NCBI GenBank assembly: GCA_964410585.1
Contig: CAYPFW010000001.1
Span: 68,781-132,780, forward strand
From: an uncultured archaeon
GTDB lineage: Archaea; Aenigmatarchaeota; Aenigmatarchaeia; QMZP01; JACQNV01
Length of the DNA: 64,000 bases
Direction: 5' to 3'
The position numbers were made by a program, and so were the translations under genes. Below, one piece after another: positions 1 to 9,303 of this stretch (position 1 is the first letter of the stretch; each line of letters starts with the position of its first letter). Under the pieces are notes generated by a model. It saw only the letters and a list, made by a program, of their open reading frames with translations, had not been told where the DNA came from and made no database searches.

Positions 1-229
1 TCACTTCTATCTGAAAATTTATTCCTCTCCCTAGAGGATATTCAAGTTTATCTGTTTTCCATTTTGTGCCTTCATCAATCATAATCTGCGATTTTCCCAA
101 AGATAGAAATGCAAAACCTTCCTCTATTCTGGAATATTCAACTTTAAATCCAAGAATTTTTGTGTAAAAATTTAGACTTTTTTCCAGCTTAGAAACAGTT
201 AATTCAGGAATTAGTTTATTGAATTTCAT
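1..229 (-). CDS. VOC/glyoxalase-family protein, N-terminal fragment (gene runs off window start)
   Basis: Unlisted reverse-strand ORF from ATG near 229; translation MKFNKLIPELTVSKLEKSLNFYTKILGFKVEY... resembles glyoxalase/bleomycin-resistance fold N-terminus; no stop before window edge. Confidence 0.45.
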   Translation of the reverse strand, partial: MKFNKLIPELTVSKLEKSLNFYTKILGFKVEYSRIEEGFAFLSLGKSQIMIDEGTKWKTDKLEYPLGRGINFQIEV

Positions 230-231
230 AG

Positions 232-753
232 CTAGCCAATATAAGAAACTGCCTTCTTTATCTCTGTTTGATGCTGCTCTACAAGCTCTTCGGACAAATA
301 ATAGGCAAGCATAAGGCCTGTTTCTATGGCCAATCGAGATAAATCCAGACAATAGAAAACAATTTCAGAGACCCCAAGTTTTGCCTTTGGTAAATTTTCC
401 AAAATTGGAGCGTATTCAAACTGGTCAGCTATTATATCTACCAATTCAGGCCCATCCTCTCCTGGCATATAAAATGTTCCTATGTCATATCCATGTTTTA
501 AGTGTAAGCCAATAAATTCTCTTATTCCTTTTTCAACCTCTTTATCATGCTTCTTCGATTCTTTTAATGAGTTTATAAGACCGTTTGTTTGAGAAAACAG
601 AACCTCAATTGCTTCTAAAACTTTGTCTTTTGAGTCCTCATCTAGACAATATCCAAATATGTTAATCAAAATATTTTTTGTATTTTCGTCTACGTAATCA
701 GGAATTTTGATGTTGAAAGAGCATGTTTTTCCCTTAATGTTATACTTAGACAT
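232..753 (-). CDS. hypothetical protein (173 aa)
   Basis: ORF track; protein-like composition, no recognised motif. Confidence 0.5.
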   Translation of the reverse strand: MSKYNIKGKTCSFNIKIPDYVDENTKNILINIFGYCLDEDSKDKVLEAIEVLFSQTNGLINSLKESKKHDKEVEKGIREFIGLHLKHGYDIGTFYMPGEDGPELVDIIADQFEYAPILENLPKAKLGVSEIVFYCLDLSRLAIETGLMLAYYLSEELVEQHQTEIKKAVSYIG

Positions 754-759
754 AAAAAA

Positions 760-888
760 TTATCCCGCTGATTTCTTTAACACACCATCGCAATCTGGAC
801 ACATTCCAGGATCCTTAAACATGCCTTTGCAGACCATGCATGCATATAGTGCTTTTTGTTTATCTACTTGTGGTTTTGACTGTTTCAT
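760..888 (-). CDS. small zinc-ribbon-like protein (47 aa)
   Basis: Unlisted short ORF MKQSKPQVDKQKALYACMVCKGMFKDPGMCPDCDGVLKKSAG with two CxxC pairs; hand-counted coordinates. Confidence 0.3.
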   Translation of the reverse strand: MKQSKPQVDKQKALYACMVCKGMFKDPGMCPDCDGVLKKSAG

Positions 889-924
889 ACATTAAATGGT
901 CTTTGACAATTATATATTTTTATA

Positions 925-2022
925 ATGGTTGGGCCAATAATTAAGATGAAATTTGCACTTTTGGTTTTCTTGGTTGCCATACTCCCATTTGTTTCGGCAC
1001 ATGAAGGTGGCGATGAACCCCTAGATGATCTTTCCCTTTCATTCAAAACAATACCCAAACCATATGTCAATTCAGAGGCCTTTCTCGAATTGCATGTAGA
1101 CGAGGAAGGTTTAGCAGTTGAAAACCTGAATATAACATTCACCGTTGACAGGCACGATATAGGTGTGTCTGACAAAACAGCAACAGTGGAGAGGGAACCT
1201 GGAACATATTTTGCAAAGTATGTCTTCCCTAAAGCCGGCTTATGGGAAGTTCATGTTGAGTTCGAGTCTGATGGAAAGGAAATAAGGAAAACTTTTACCT
1301 TTGACGTAGAAGAGTCTTCAAACTATTTTTTTGGGGTTGATTCCAGAATGCTTATAATTGCAACTGTTGTTGTTTTACTTGCTTTCATATGGCTAACAGG
1401 TTTAAGAGGAAAGCAAAAACATTTTAGAAGGTCTTCTATAGCCACAATTGTTGTTTTGGCTTTGGTTGGCTTAGGTTATTCGCTTTCAATTTACTTTTCA
1501 ACTGGTGCTGCATCTGAAGGCGTGGTGACATGCCCAGATTCTTCAAAACCAAATGAGTGTTTTTGGCAAGCTCATTGGCATGCGTTCATTGTCCCTGAAT
1601 TGTGTGGCGAGGAGCAGAGGCTTGAGGTAGAAAAAGGAGCGCTCACAGGACCCCATACACACGAAGAGAAAAATCTAATCCATTGGCACGATAGGATACC
1701 AATAGACAAATCAACAGGAGCCCTGAAAGATGCAACACCTCTTTCTTTGGGAGCATTTTTTGATGCAATTAAAATAGACTTCACATCTGAAAATTTCTTG
1801 GGAAAGAAAAATGGCGATCTTTGTTCAGGAAAGCAAGGCACCTTCAAACTCTTCCACAAAAAGAAAGGCGAACAGTTCAAAAAATTCGAAGGTGATCCAA
1901 GAGAACTTGTTTGGAGAGATCGGAGTATTGTTGCAATTGTTTTTGACGAAAAAACAGAACAAGAAGCCTTGGAAGAATTGAACAGAAAGAGTATTGAATT
2001 TCCTGTGTTGGGGACTGGCTAG
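925..2022 (+). CDS. membrane protein with signal peptide, two central TM helices and Cys/His-rich C-terminal domain; function unknown
   Basis: N-terminal hydrophobic leader (likely start at MKFALL, +21 nt), TM pair around residues 140-190, CPDSSKPNECFWQAHWH and HTHEE/HWHD motifs suggest metal binding. Confidence 0.55.
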   Translation: MVGPIIKMKFALLVFLVAILPFVSAHEGGDEPLDDLSLSFKTIPKPYVNSEAFLELHVDEEGLAVENLNITFTVDRHDIGVSDKTATVEREPGTYFAKYVFPKAGLWEVHVEFESDGKEIRKTFTFDVEESSNYFFGVDSRMLIIATVVVLLAFIWLTGLRGKQKHFRRSSIATIVVLALVGLGYSLSIYFSTGAASEGVVTCPDSSKPNECFWQAHWHAFIVPELCGEEQRLEVEKGALTGPHTHEEKNLIHWHDRIPIDKSTGALKDATPLSLGAFFDAIKIDFTSENFLGKKNGDLCSGKQGTFKLFHKKKGEQFKKFEGDPRELVWRDRSIVAIVFDEKTEQEALEELNRKSIEFPVLGTG

Positions 2023-2040
2023 GCTTTTCAGGAAAACGGT

Positions 2041-2616
2041 TTACATGTATCGATAAAGTATATACTTCTTTGCAACTCCAGGCAATTTGTTTTTGACAAA
2101 AACAAACTCAATGACTTCTTTTATATCCCAAACAGGCACAGGTTTCTTGGATTTTCCAAATCTTTTGTCTAAAATTAAAATTACTTCCTTTGTCATTTTC
2201 TCTGCAAAATTTCCATCTTTTATATGGGATTGGTGCAAGCTTTTTTGGATTGATTTGAAAATTTTCTCTGAGTTGAAATCTTCTGTTGTTCCGTCCCTTT
2301 TTTCAACTTTTTTAATTTTTGATTTTTTTGAATGGAGCCAAACAAACATGTATGTGTCACAAACCCTGATCATATTGTTTTCTTTGAAAACAGAGCAAAC
2401 AGATGATCTCACATCTTCTACAGAGACCAAATCTTTCTTCTTTTTCTCCAGAGCCTTCAAAACATCGTCTGCCAAAACTTCTGGCGGGCAAAGTTTGAAA
2501 TTCGCTTGATGGCACGCCTTAGCTATGCTTTTGGTTAGTTTTTTCTTCTCAAATTTCTCAATTGTTCCGTCTCTTTTTCTTATCTTTTTTATCATACTAA
2601 TCACGATGATAGCCAA
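2041..2616 (-). CDS. tandem ATP-cone domain protein
   Basis: Two repeats of the ATP-cone signature (IKKIRKRDGTIEKFEKKKLTKSI... and IKKVEKRDGTTEDFNSEKIFKSI...) with no attached catalytic domain. Confidence 0.65.
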   Translation of the reverse strand: MAIIVISMIKKIRKRDGTIEKFEKKKLTKSIAKACHQANFKLCPPEVLADDVLKALEKKKKDLVSVEDVRSSVCSVFKENNMIRVCDTYMFVWLHSKKSKIKKVEKRDGTTEDFNSEKIFKSIQKSLHQSHIKDGNFAEKMTKEVILILDKRFGKSKKPVPVWDIKEVIEFVFVKNKLPGVAKKYILYRYM

Positions 2617-3409
2617 CCAAATACTTCAGTGTAGCCATTATAATTATTACTAGAGCTATTCCTCCTATTAAATGTAGAAGCAAATATGAAGCAACTGTTG
2701 AAATTATCCACACACCTAAGCCAGCCAAGAATAGGCCAACGAGCAACCTCATTAATCCTCTATTCTCCTTTCTCCACTTCTCCAAGTTTTTCAAACCAAC
2801 ACCAGAGTACGCCATGTAGATTATAGCTAACAAAGGTGCAATGAAAACCAGGTTATACAAAAGCAAAAGCGGCATAGCAGTTAAATATGACATACCGCTC
2901 TGTGACATGTAACTAAGGACAGCCAAGTATGGAGCGCCTGTGCAAGGAAGTTCAATTAGAGTGACAATAACTCCAAACATGAACGCAGAGATCAGGCTTC
3001 TGTGCGTTCCGCGCGCCCTTGTTTCAACAGTTGATACAAACCTTTTTGGCATTGCCAAAGAAAATCCGTGACCATACCAAAAGAAATCTTTAATTTCCAA
3101 AAAACCTGCAAGGATAACAAAACTTCCAATTACCATGTAGAACATTTGGCTCACCAAGGCAACTTCTCTCACAGCATTGAAAACTCCTAGAAGTGTGATT
3201 CCACCAAGCAAATAAGTGACATAGACACCGAGTGTATATACAAACCCATTAACCAAGATCCCCTTTCTATTTTTCGATTTAACCAAAACACTCAAAAGAA
3301 GAATCAAAACACCAATCACACACGGATTTATAGAATCAATGAGGGCGCCTCCGAGAACAACAGGGATTGTAGCCTCTGGAGCCGCAACTATAACTTGTTC
3401 CAGTACCAT
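2597..3409 (-). CDS. DsbD/CcdA-superfamily-like polytopic membrane protein
   Basis: Multiple TM helices with membrane-embedded Cys motifs (INPCVIG and ELPCTGAPYLAVLSYM). Confidence 0.45.
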   Translation of the reverse strand: MVLEQVIVAAPEATIPVVLGGALIDSINPCVIGVLILLLSVLVKSKNRKGILVNGFVYTLGVYVTYLLGGITLLGVFNAVREVALVSQMFYMVIGSFVILAGFLEIKDFFWYGHGFSLAMPKRFVSTVETRARGTHRSLISAFMFGVIVTLIELPCTGAPYLAVLSYMSQSGMSYLTAMPLLLLYNLVFIAPLLAIIYMAYSGVGLKNLEKWRKENRGLMRLLVGLFLAGLGVWIISTVASYLLLHLIGGIALVIIIMATLKYLVGYHRD

Positions 3410-3611
3410 ATTTGATATCTATTCTTGCATCTATATATGTTTTGAAAAAATAGAAAATTGGAAAAAATTAACAATATTCACAAACGTTTTTTGAGCTCTT
3501 TTTTGCTGGTTTTTTAGAGCTCTTCTTAGCTTTCTTTTTAGTTGCCATAAAATACGCCTCAAAGCGGCTTTATCCCCCTATATATTATTATTTCACCGAC
3601 TAATAAATCAT

Positions 3612-4802
3612 ATGGAATTGCAAAACGCATACGGATTTATTTTGGGGAAAAACCAGGAGCTTTCAATAGCTGAAATTGTCTCCTATCTTTCTTCAAGAAG
3701 GGTAAATTTCGAGATCCTCAATTTCACAAAAGATTTTCTGATTGTAAAGATAGATGATATTTCAAAAATCAAAATCCAGGACTTTGGCGGGACCTTGAAA
3801 ATAGCTTCTATATCCTATTTTGAACAATATGAAAATTTTGACAACCTAAATTTTTCCAAATTTTTCCCTAAAAAAGAAACAACACTGGACTTTGGTGTGA
3901 GCCTTTATGGGGATTCCTACAAGAAATTCAAGGCAATTTCCCTTGGAGTCAAAAAAGCTTTGAAGGAAATGGGAATAAAATCCAGTTATTTCCATTTAGA
4001 ACCTCCGAGAACATCAACAACACATGTTGAAGTCATAAACAAAAACCTTTTGCAAACAGCTGACTTGGTTTTCTGTAGGTTTGGGGACAAATACTATGTA
4101 GGAAAAACTTTGCAAATACACAATCCATTTGAATTCCAGAAAAGGGATGTTTTCAAAGCTTCGCAAAGGGCAATGTATTCAATTCCGCCAAGGCTTGCAA
4201 AAATAATGATAAATTTTTTGGGAATTGAAAAGGGAACAGTACTTGATCCGTTTTGTGGTTTTGGTGCAATCCTCCAAGAAGCTGTGCTTTCTGGTTTTGA
4301 TGTTCGCGGTTTGGATATAGAAAAAAATTGTGTCGATGCGTCTGTTGAAAATTTGCAGTGGATGGAAAAAGAATACAAAATCCAAATTCCAGGAATTTCG
4401 AGGAAGGTGATTCAGGGAAATGCAAAAAGGCTTTCAAATTATTTTGAAAAAGAATCAATAGATGGAATTGCAGCAGAACCATATTTGGGCCCAGCCCTGA
4501 AAGCAAAACCAGATGCCTATTTGTCCAAAAAAATTCTCCAAGAGTTGAGTCCGATGTACGAAGCTTTTTTCAGAGAGGCTTCTCAAATTTTGAAGCAGGG
4601 AGGAAGAATTTGCATTGTGTCCCCGCGCTTCCAAACACAAGTCGGGACATTCAAACTAGATATAGAAAGGCTTGGCGCAAAGTTTGGTTTGAGAACAGTA
4701 GATATTTTGAAACCATACAAAATCCAGCATACTGTGCCTATGTTAGACTTCGAAGAAAGACACAAGTTAATTAGGGAAATAAATGTGTTGGAGAAATTTT
4801 AG
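3612..4802 (+). CDS. class I SAM-dependent RNA methyltransferase (Trm11/Trm-G10-like, N2-guanine or N6-adenine type)
   Basis: Motif I LDPFCGFGAILQEA and motif IV-like IAAEPYLGP. Confidence 0.6.
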   Translation: MELQNAYGFILGKNQELSIAEIVSYLSSRRVNFEILNFTKDFLIVKIDDISKIKIQDFGGTLKIASISYFEQYENFDNLNFSKFFPKKETTLDFGVSLYGDSYKKFKAISLGVKKALKEMGIKSSYFHLEPPRTSTTHVEVINKNLLQTADLVFCRFGDKYYVGKTLQIHNPFEFQKRDVFKASQRAMYSIPPRLAKIMINFLGIEKGTVLDPFCGFGAILQEAVLSGFDVRGLDIEKNCVDASVENLQWMEKEYKIQIPGISRKVIQGNAKRLSNYFEKESIDGIAAEPYLGPALKAKPDAYLSKKILQELSPMYEAFFREASQILKQGGRICIVSPRFQTQVGTFKLDIERLGAKFGLRTVDILKPYKIQHTVPMLDFEERHKLIREINVLEKF

Positions 4803-5479
4803 TTAGTCTTAGTCGGCTCAAGTTTTGTCCAGCCAACTATTTTTAAATATTTAGTTTCTCTTTTTAATACTTGAATAACATTAGTACCCACTTCAAATGG
4901 TTGTTCTACCTCTCGTCTTCCAGCAACCTCGTTGATAAAATCAAATCTTGCAAGATCACCTTCACCCAAAAGGCTTGTGTGGGTTCCAACACCAAGTCTA
5001 TGTATAAAACCCTTTGGATCTCTCACATCATATAATGTCAGACTTTGACCTATACCATTGAATGTATGCTCAACTTCTACAATGACACCTTCAACTTGTT
5101 GTGTTTTTATTGGGGTTTTGCTCCCTTGATCTACAAAAACTTCATTGTAAACTTTTAGCAATCTTTTTTCTATAGGAGAAAAAACTTGATCCAAAATTGA
5201 GTCTGGAAGAATTATATCACTGTTTGCAAAATCGCCAACTATATCTTCTCTATATCCTGAATCTCTGGAGTTTCTTACTTCGCCGCGCATTATAATTGTT
5301 TCTGGGTATTCAGATCTTGATCTAACAAGTGGTTTTTTAGGATCGCCGCGATAAAGAGACAGACCAGTTAATCCACGAATGTCTGATCCCTCAAATCGTA
5401 TCGCTGTGACCCAGCCTACATATTTAGATCCGTCTTCAGCATATCTGTTTATTAGTCTTTGTGGAAGTAATTTACTCAT
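4799..5479 (-). CDS. hypothetical protein (226 aa)
   Basis: ORF track; 4-nt overlap with upstream gene; no recognised motif. Confidence 0.5.
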   Translation of the reverse strand: MSKLLPQRLINRYAEDGSKYVGWVTAIRFEGSDIRGLTGLSLYRGDPKKPLVRSRSEYPETIIMRGEVRNSRDSGYREDIVGDFANSDIILPDSILDQVFSPIEKRLLKVYNEVFVDQGSKTPIKTQQVEGVIVEVEHTFNGIGQSLTLYDVRDPKGFIHRLGVGTHTSLLGEGDLARFDFINEVAGRREVEQPFEVGTNVIQVLKRETKYLKIVGWTKLEPTKTN

Positions 5480-5507
5480 CTCAGAAATTGAATATAGGTT
5501 TTAAATG

Positions 5508-6935
5508 TTAAACTGACCCCAGTTTCTTCTCCAATCCCTTCCTTATTTCAACAGCATCAACTTGTCCTCTTGTTTCTCTCATTACTTGGCCGACCAAAAA
5601 CTCCAAGGATTTTTTCTCGCCGTTTTTGAAATCGGTGACAGCCTTCTTGTTTGCATCCAAAACTTTTTTCAAAACACTTTCCAAATCTATTTCAGTTTTC
5701 CCCAAATTGTATTTTTTGATTATCTCCTTTGCTGATTTTTTCTCCTCAACCATTTTTCTAATTGTCTGCTCAGCATTCCTGTCTGTGATCTTTCCTTTCT
5801 CAAATTCTTCTAGAAGTTCAAAAATCCACTCATCTTTCAAACCAGAATTTTTGTATTTTAAGTTGTTCCAATTCAATGTCTTTTTCAAATCGCCTGCCAA
5901 AAATCCTGCTGCTATATCTGGTTTTAGTTTTTTTGAAATTTTCTCAAAAAGGTCAGCAACGTCTTTTTCAGAAATCAAAGACTCTGCGAGCTTTTGGTGA
6001 ATTTTGTATTGTTTGACAAACCTGTCAAATTTCTCATCTGGAAGTTCTGGGATTTCTTTTTTTATTGAATCTAAAAATTGTTTTGTCAGTTCTATTTTTG
6101 TCAAATCTGGCTCGAAAATATATCCATACTCAGCTTCTTCTTCTTTTCCTCTCATCTCATGTGTTGTCCCAATATCGGGGTTCCATGTCCTTGTTTCCCT
6201 TTTTATCTGCGCGTCTTTTGTTAGCAAATTTTTTTGCCTGATGATTTCAAATTTCAAAGCATCCTCAACTTCCTTTGTCCCTGTGATATTTTTTATTTCA
6301 ACTCTTGTGCCTTCCATACCTTCTGGATTCAAAGAAATGTTTGCATCGGATTTTAGAACAGCTTGTGTAGTTGAATCATACATTCCCATATATTCGAGTA
6401 TCATTGTAAGCTTTGTCAAGTAAAGTCTTGCTTCTTCTGGGCTTTCAAAATCAGGCTCTGTAACTATTTCCACAAGTGGTGTGCCTGCTCTGTTGTAATC
6501 TACTAAAACATATTTTCCGCCAATTCCACCAACGTGTATGACCTGAGCAGGATCTTCCTCTATATGTATTCTTTTTATCCTGATTGTTTTCTTTTTCCCA
6601 TTCAAATCAAAACTAATTTTTCCTTCCAATCCAAGAGGGACTTCGTATTGTGTGATTTGATAGTCTTTTGACATGTCTGGATAAAAATAAGTTTTCCTTG
6701 AGAAGAACATTTCTTTAGGAATTTTGCATCCAAGAGCCAATGCAGCTTTTGTTGCCAACTCAACAACTCTTTTGTTTAATACTGGTTTTGATCCTGGAAA
6801 ACCCAAACAAATTTCGCAAGTTAAAGAGTTTGGTTCAGCATCTTCTTTCAAATTCACAGGATTTTTACAACTGCAAAAAAGTTTGCTCTTCGAGTTCAGT
6901 TGGACATGTGTTTCCAGACCAATTTTTATCTTCAT
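5508..6935 (-). CDS. gatB: aspartyl/glutamyl-tRNA amidotransferase subunit B
   Basis: KIGLETHVQLNSKSKLFCSC N-terminal GatB signature; start moved from ORF-track 6992 to the in-frame ATG at 6935, which is preceded by GGAGGT; the 19-codon extension overlaps GC-rich hairpins. Confidence 0.9.
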   Translation of the reverse strand: MKIKIGLETHVQLNSKSKLFCSCKNPVNLKEDAEPNSLTCEICLGFPGSKPVLNKRVVELATKAALALGCKIPKEMFFSRKTYFYPDMSKDYQITQYEVPLGLEGKISFDLNGKKKTIRIKRIHIEEDPAQVIHVGGIGGKYVLVDYNRAGTPLVEIVTEPDFESPEEARLYLTKLTMILEYMGMYDSTTQAVLKSDANISLNPEGMEGTRVEIKNITGTKEVEDALKFEIIRQKNLLTKDAQIKRETRTWNPDIGTTHEMRGKEEEAEYGYIFEPDLTKIELTKQFLDSIKKEIPELPDEKFDRFVKQYKIHQKLAESLISEKDVADLFEKISKKLKPDIAAGFLAGDLKKTLNWNNLKYKNSGLKDEWIFELLEEFEKGKITDRNAEQTIRKMVEEKKSAKEIIKKYNLGKTEIDLESVLKKVLDANKKAVTDFKNGEKKSLEFLVGQVMRETRGQVDAVEIRKGLEKKLGSV

Positions 6936-6954
6936 CTTAAAACCTCCAGCGGGT

Positions 6955-7011
6955 CGTGTCTCCTGTGAAGGAGACGCGAGACATCTCTGCATCCATTTTT
7001 AGAGATGCAGA
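6955..7011 (-). promoter_or_regulatory. twin GC-rich hairpins in the gatB 5' leader
   Basis: CGTGTCTCC-tgtgaa-GGAGACGCG (9 bp, one G-U) and TCTGCATC-cattttta ga-GATGCAGA (8 bp), immediately 5' of the GGAGGT and ATG at 6935. Confidence 0.5.
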
Positions 7012-7099
7012 TTTTAAGGAATCCAGCAATCACTGTATCTGATTTCATCTAATTAATTGAAAAATCTAAAATATATAAGCAGTTGAGCCAATTATCCAT

Positions 7100-8128
7100 A
7101 TGTACAAACTAATCCCTATTCTGCTTTTAGTCGCGATAGTTATTGTTTCTGGTTGTATTTCTGTTCCCCCTACAGTTCCTCCGACACCCCCAGAAAATTC
7201 ATGCAATTGGGATGCTGGACCATGTGATGCAATTATTGGCAAAGGATATTTTTTCAATTCTGAAACAGGCAACTGTGAGCCCTCTCCGAGAAGTGGATGC
7301 AGCGGTCCCCCATTCCAAGACTTATATGAGTGCCAATCGTCTTGTACAGGAAAAATAGATCCTAAAGACAAATGTTTACCCTTGACTCAATCTGAGTGTG
7401 AATCAACTGTAGGATGTGAACCATACTTTGAAAAAGTTTGCGGTTTTGCTGGAGATTGTAATGATCTATATTATAGCTGCGTGCCTGCAGAAGTAGATCC
7501 AGCAACACTCTGTGATGACGTCAAATGCCCTGAAGGACAAGCATGTTTTGAAGGTGGGTGTGTATCAACTACATCAGAAACAATTGTCTTGAATTTTGAT
7601 GGATATAGAGAGTCTTGTACAGATGAGCCAAAACTGCTTGTTGAAAAGAATGGAAAAAGAACAGAAGTCAAAAACTATCTCTGGGATACAGCTCCGATTT
7701 ATCTAAATGGAGAATATAGAGAATATCCTACAATGTGTGATTATGCTGTGTGTCAAAGTGTTTCAGAATATCCGATTGATGTTGAGCTTGTATCGTATGA
7801 ACAAATTGGCACAAAAGAAGGAGTACCAGAATACACTACATTGCCAATAAAACAGCCTGTTACAGTAGAATTGAATTATTACAAAACAGAAGATGATTGT
7901 AACAAAAAAATAAATACACAGAAATTTTCGCAAACTTATAATTCTAATGATGTCGAGTTATCAGAAGAAAAACTGTGCCAACAAGCAGGCGGCGAGTGGA
8001 AAACTTTCAACAATGGATGTGTAGATTCATGCCGCAGATATGAAATGTGTACACAGGCTCTTACAGATGGCTGCGACTGTGGGCCAGATAAATGCTGGGG
8101 TGGAGAAAGATGTTTAAATAATTCCTAA
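7100..8128 (+). CDS. Cys-rich secreted lipoprotein with Kunitz/BPTI-like domain
   Basis: Signal peptide plus lipobox-like VSGC; residues 35-82 give C-x6-C-x16-C-x7-C-x10-C-x3-C with GPC, YFFN, SGC landmarks of the Kunitz fold. Confidence 0.65.
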   Translation: MYKLIPILLLVAIVIVSGCISVPPTVPPTPPENSCNWDAGPCDAIIGKGYFFNSETGNCEPSPRSGCSGPPFQDLYECQSSCTGKIDPKDKCLPLTQSECESTVGCEPYFEKVCGFAGDCNDLYYSCVPAEVDPATLCDDVKCPEGQACFEGGCVSTTSETIVLNFDGYRESCTDEPKLLVEKNGKRTEVKNYLWDTAPIYLNGEYREYPTMCDYAVCQSVSEYPIDVELVSYEQIGTKEGVPEYTTLPIKQPVTVELNYYKTEDDCNKKINTQKFSQTYNSNDVELSEEKLCQQAGGEWKTFNNGCVDSCRRYEMCTQALTDGCDCGPDKCWGGERCLNNS

Positions 8129-8139
8129 AATTGTTGATT

Positions 8140-8427
8140 CTAAACCTTCCCTTTCTTCAAGAAAAATCCCCTAGAAACCATTTCTTTGTGAACTTCCAAA
8201 GCAGCATCAGTAAGCTCAGCTTCTATAGCCAAACCCTTTTCAGAAATTTTCACCAAACCCAAATTTTCTAAATTCCTCAGCGCCTTTATCTCAGAAGCAA
8301 TTGCTGTCTCATATTTTTTTTCGAATTTTAGTTTGTCTATCCAGTGAGAAATTCTGTCCATTGTTCTGTGAGCATCTGATGGTTGGAGCATCTCCTTCAA
8401 AACATTGTCTAGTTGTCTAAGATCCAT
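8140..8427 (-). CDS. small hypothetical protein, possibly winged-helix
   Basis: ORF track; weak wHTH-like segment IKALRNLENLGLVKI. Confidence 0.4.
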   Translation of the reverse strand: MDLRQLDNVLKEMLQPSDAHRTMDRISHWIDKLKFEKKYETAIASEIKALRNLENLGLVKISEKGLAIEAELTDAALEVHKEMVSRGFFLKKGKV

Positions 8428-8550
8428 ATCAACAAATATTGAAATTCTAAATATAAAACGTTTTCTGTTCTACATTTGTCAAAAAGTCAACTTATTATAG
8501 AATTAGGCCTCAAATAGATAAGGTTAAAAAGCTAACTCTTTGATTATTTT

Positions 8551-9228
8551 ATGGCAGTTGAATTTGTTACAGTAGATAGATTATCAGATGCAAATTTTGA
8601 GGAAGTTGTGAGAATACATGCTTTTTCTTGGCTTCCTATTCTTCAAAGGGAGCTACAAACAGAAGACCAGGACGCAATTTTATCAGCGGTTAGAAATCAA
8701 TACAATTCTAGAAGAGAAGTTTTTCCAGAAGGCCAAATAGCTGCTATTTCAGGTGTTTTGGTAGGTTCAATAAGCTCCCTTGTTGTTAGAACACAAACAG
8801 TTGCCGATCTCCCGCCAACATATTGTGAGATGACAGATAGAGGATATTTGAGAAATCATGTTCCAGATGGAAATACTTTAGTCTGTCCAACTGTCACAGT
8901 TGATAAAAATTTTAGAGGTTTTGGAATAGCGAAAGATTTGGTAAAGGCACAGGCTAGACTCGCTGCTCAAAGAGGCTCTGAATTTTTGTATGCTTATTCT
9001 AGACCAGCTGGTTTCAGAAAATTTATTGGAAAAAGCGGAGATATGCCAGTAGAGACGTATGTTGGTTTGAAAAGAAATGGTTCACTTCAAGATCCTGTTT
9101 TAGGTATGCACTATGATAACGGTGCCTGTGTAGCAAGAATAATTCCAGACGCAAGGCCAGCTGATGTGGATGCCCGTGGCCACATTGTTGTGATGCAATA
9201 TCCGAGGGAAGCTTGGAGAAGAGGCTGA
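8551..9228 (+). CDS. GNAT-fold acyltransferase-like protein
   Basis: RGFGIAKDLV motif A-like; Ala/Arg/Val-richer composition than neighbours. Confidence 0.5.
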   Translation: MAVEFVTVDRLSDANFEEVVRIHAFSWLPILQRELQTEDQDAILSAVRNQYNSRREVFPEGQIAAISGVLVGSISSLVVRTQTVADLPPTYCEMTDRGYLRNHVPDGNTLVCPTVTVDKNFRGFGIAKDLVKAQARLAAQRGSEFLYAYSRPAGFRKFIGKSGDMPVETYVGLKRNGSLQDPVLGMHYDNGACVARIIPDARPADVDARGHIVVMQYPREAWRRG

Positions 9229-9303
9229 TTTTACAAAATTGTCGAATCCCCAAACGTTGGTTTAAATATTCAACATTCGTATTAGTTAGATACTTTTATT
9301 TAT

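Noticed and set aside
707-895. 62-aa plus-strand ORF in the 754-924 spacer
   Set aside because: Overlaps the end of the upstream gene; the minus-strand zinc-ribbon reading of the same region is more protein-like, though itself low confidence
5626-6423. Plus-strand ORFs (124 and 139 aa) inside gatB
   Set aside because: Antisense to a well-supported conserved gene; Ser/Phe-rich artefactual translations
6936-6992. N-terminal 19-codon extension of gatB in the ORF track
   Set aside because: Extension is encoded by two GC-rich hairpins and lacks GatB similarity; the downstream ATG at 6935 has a GGAGGT site and yields the canonical GatB N-terminus
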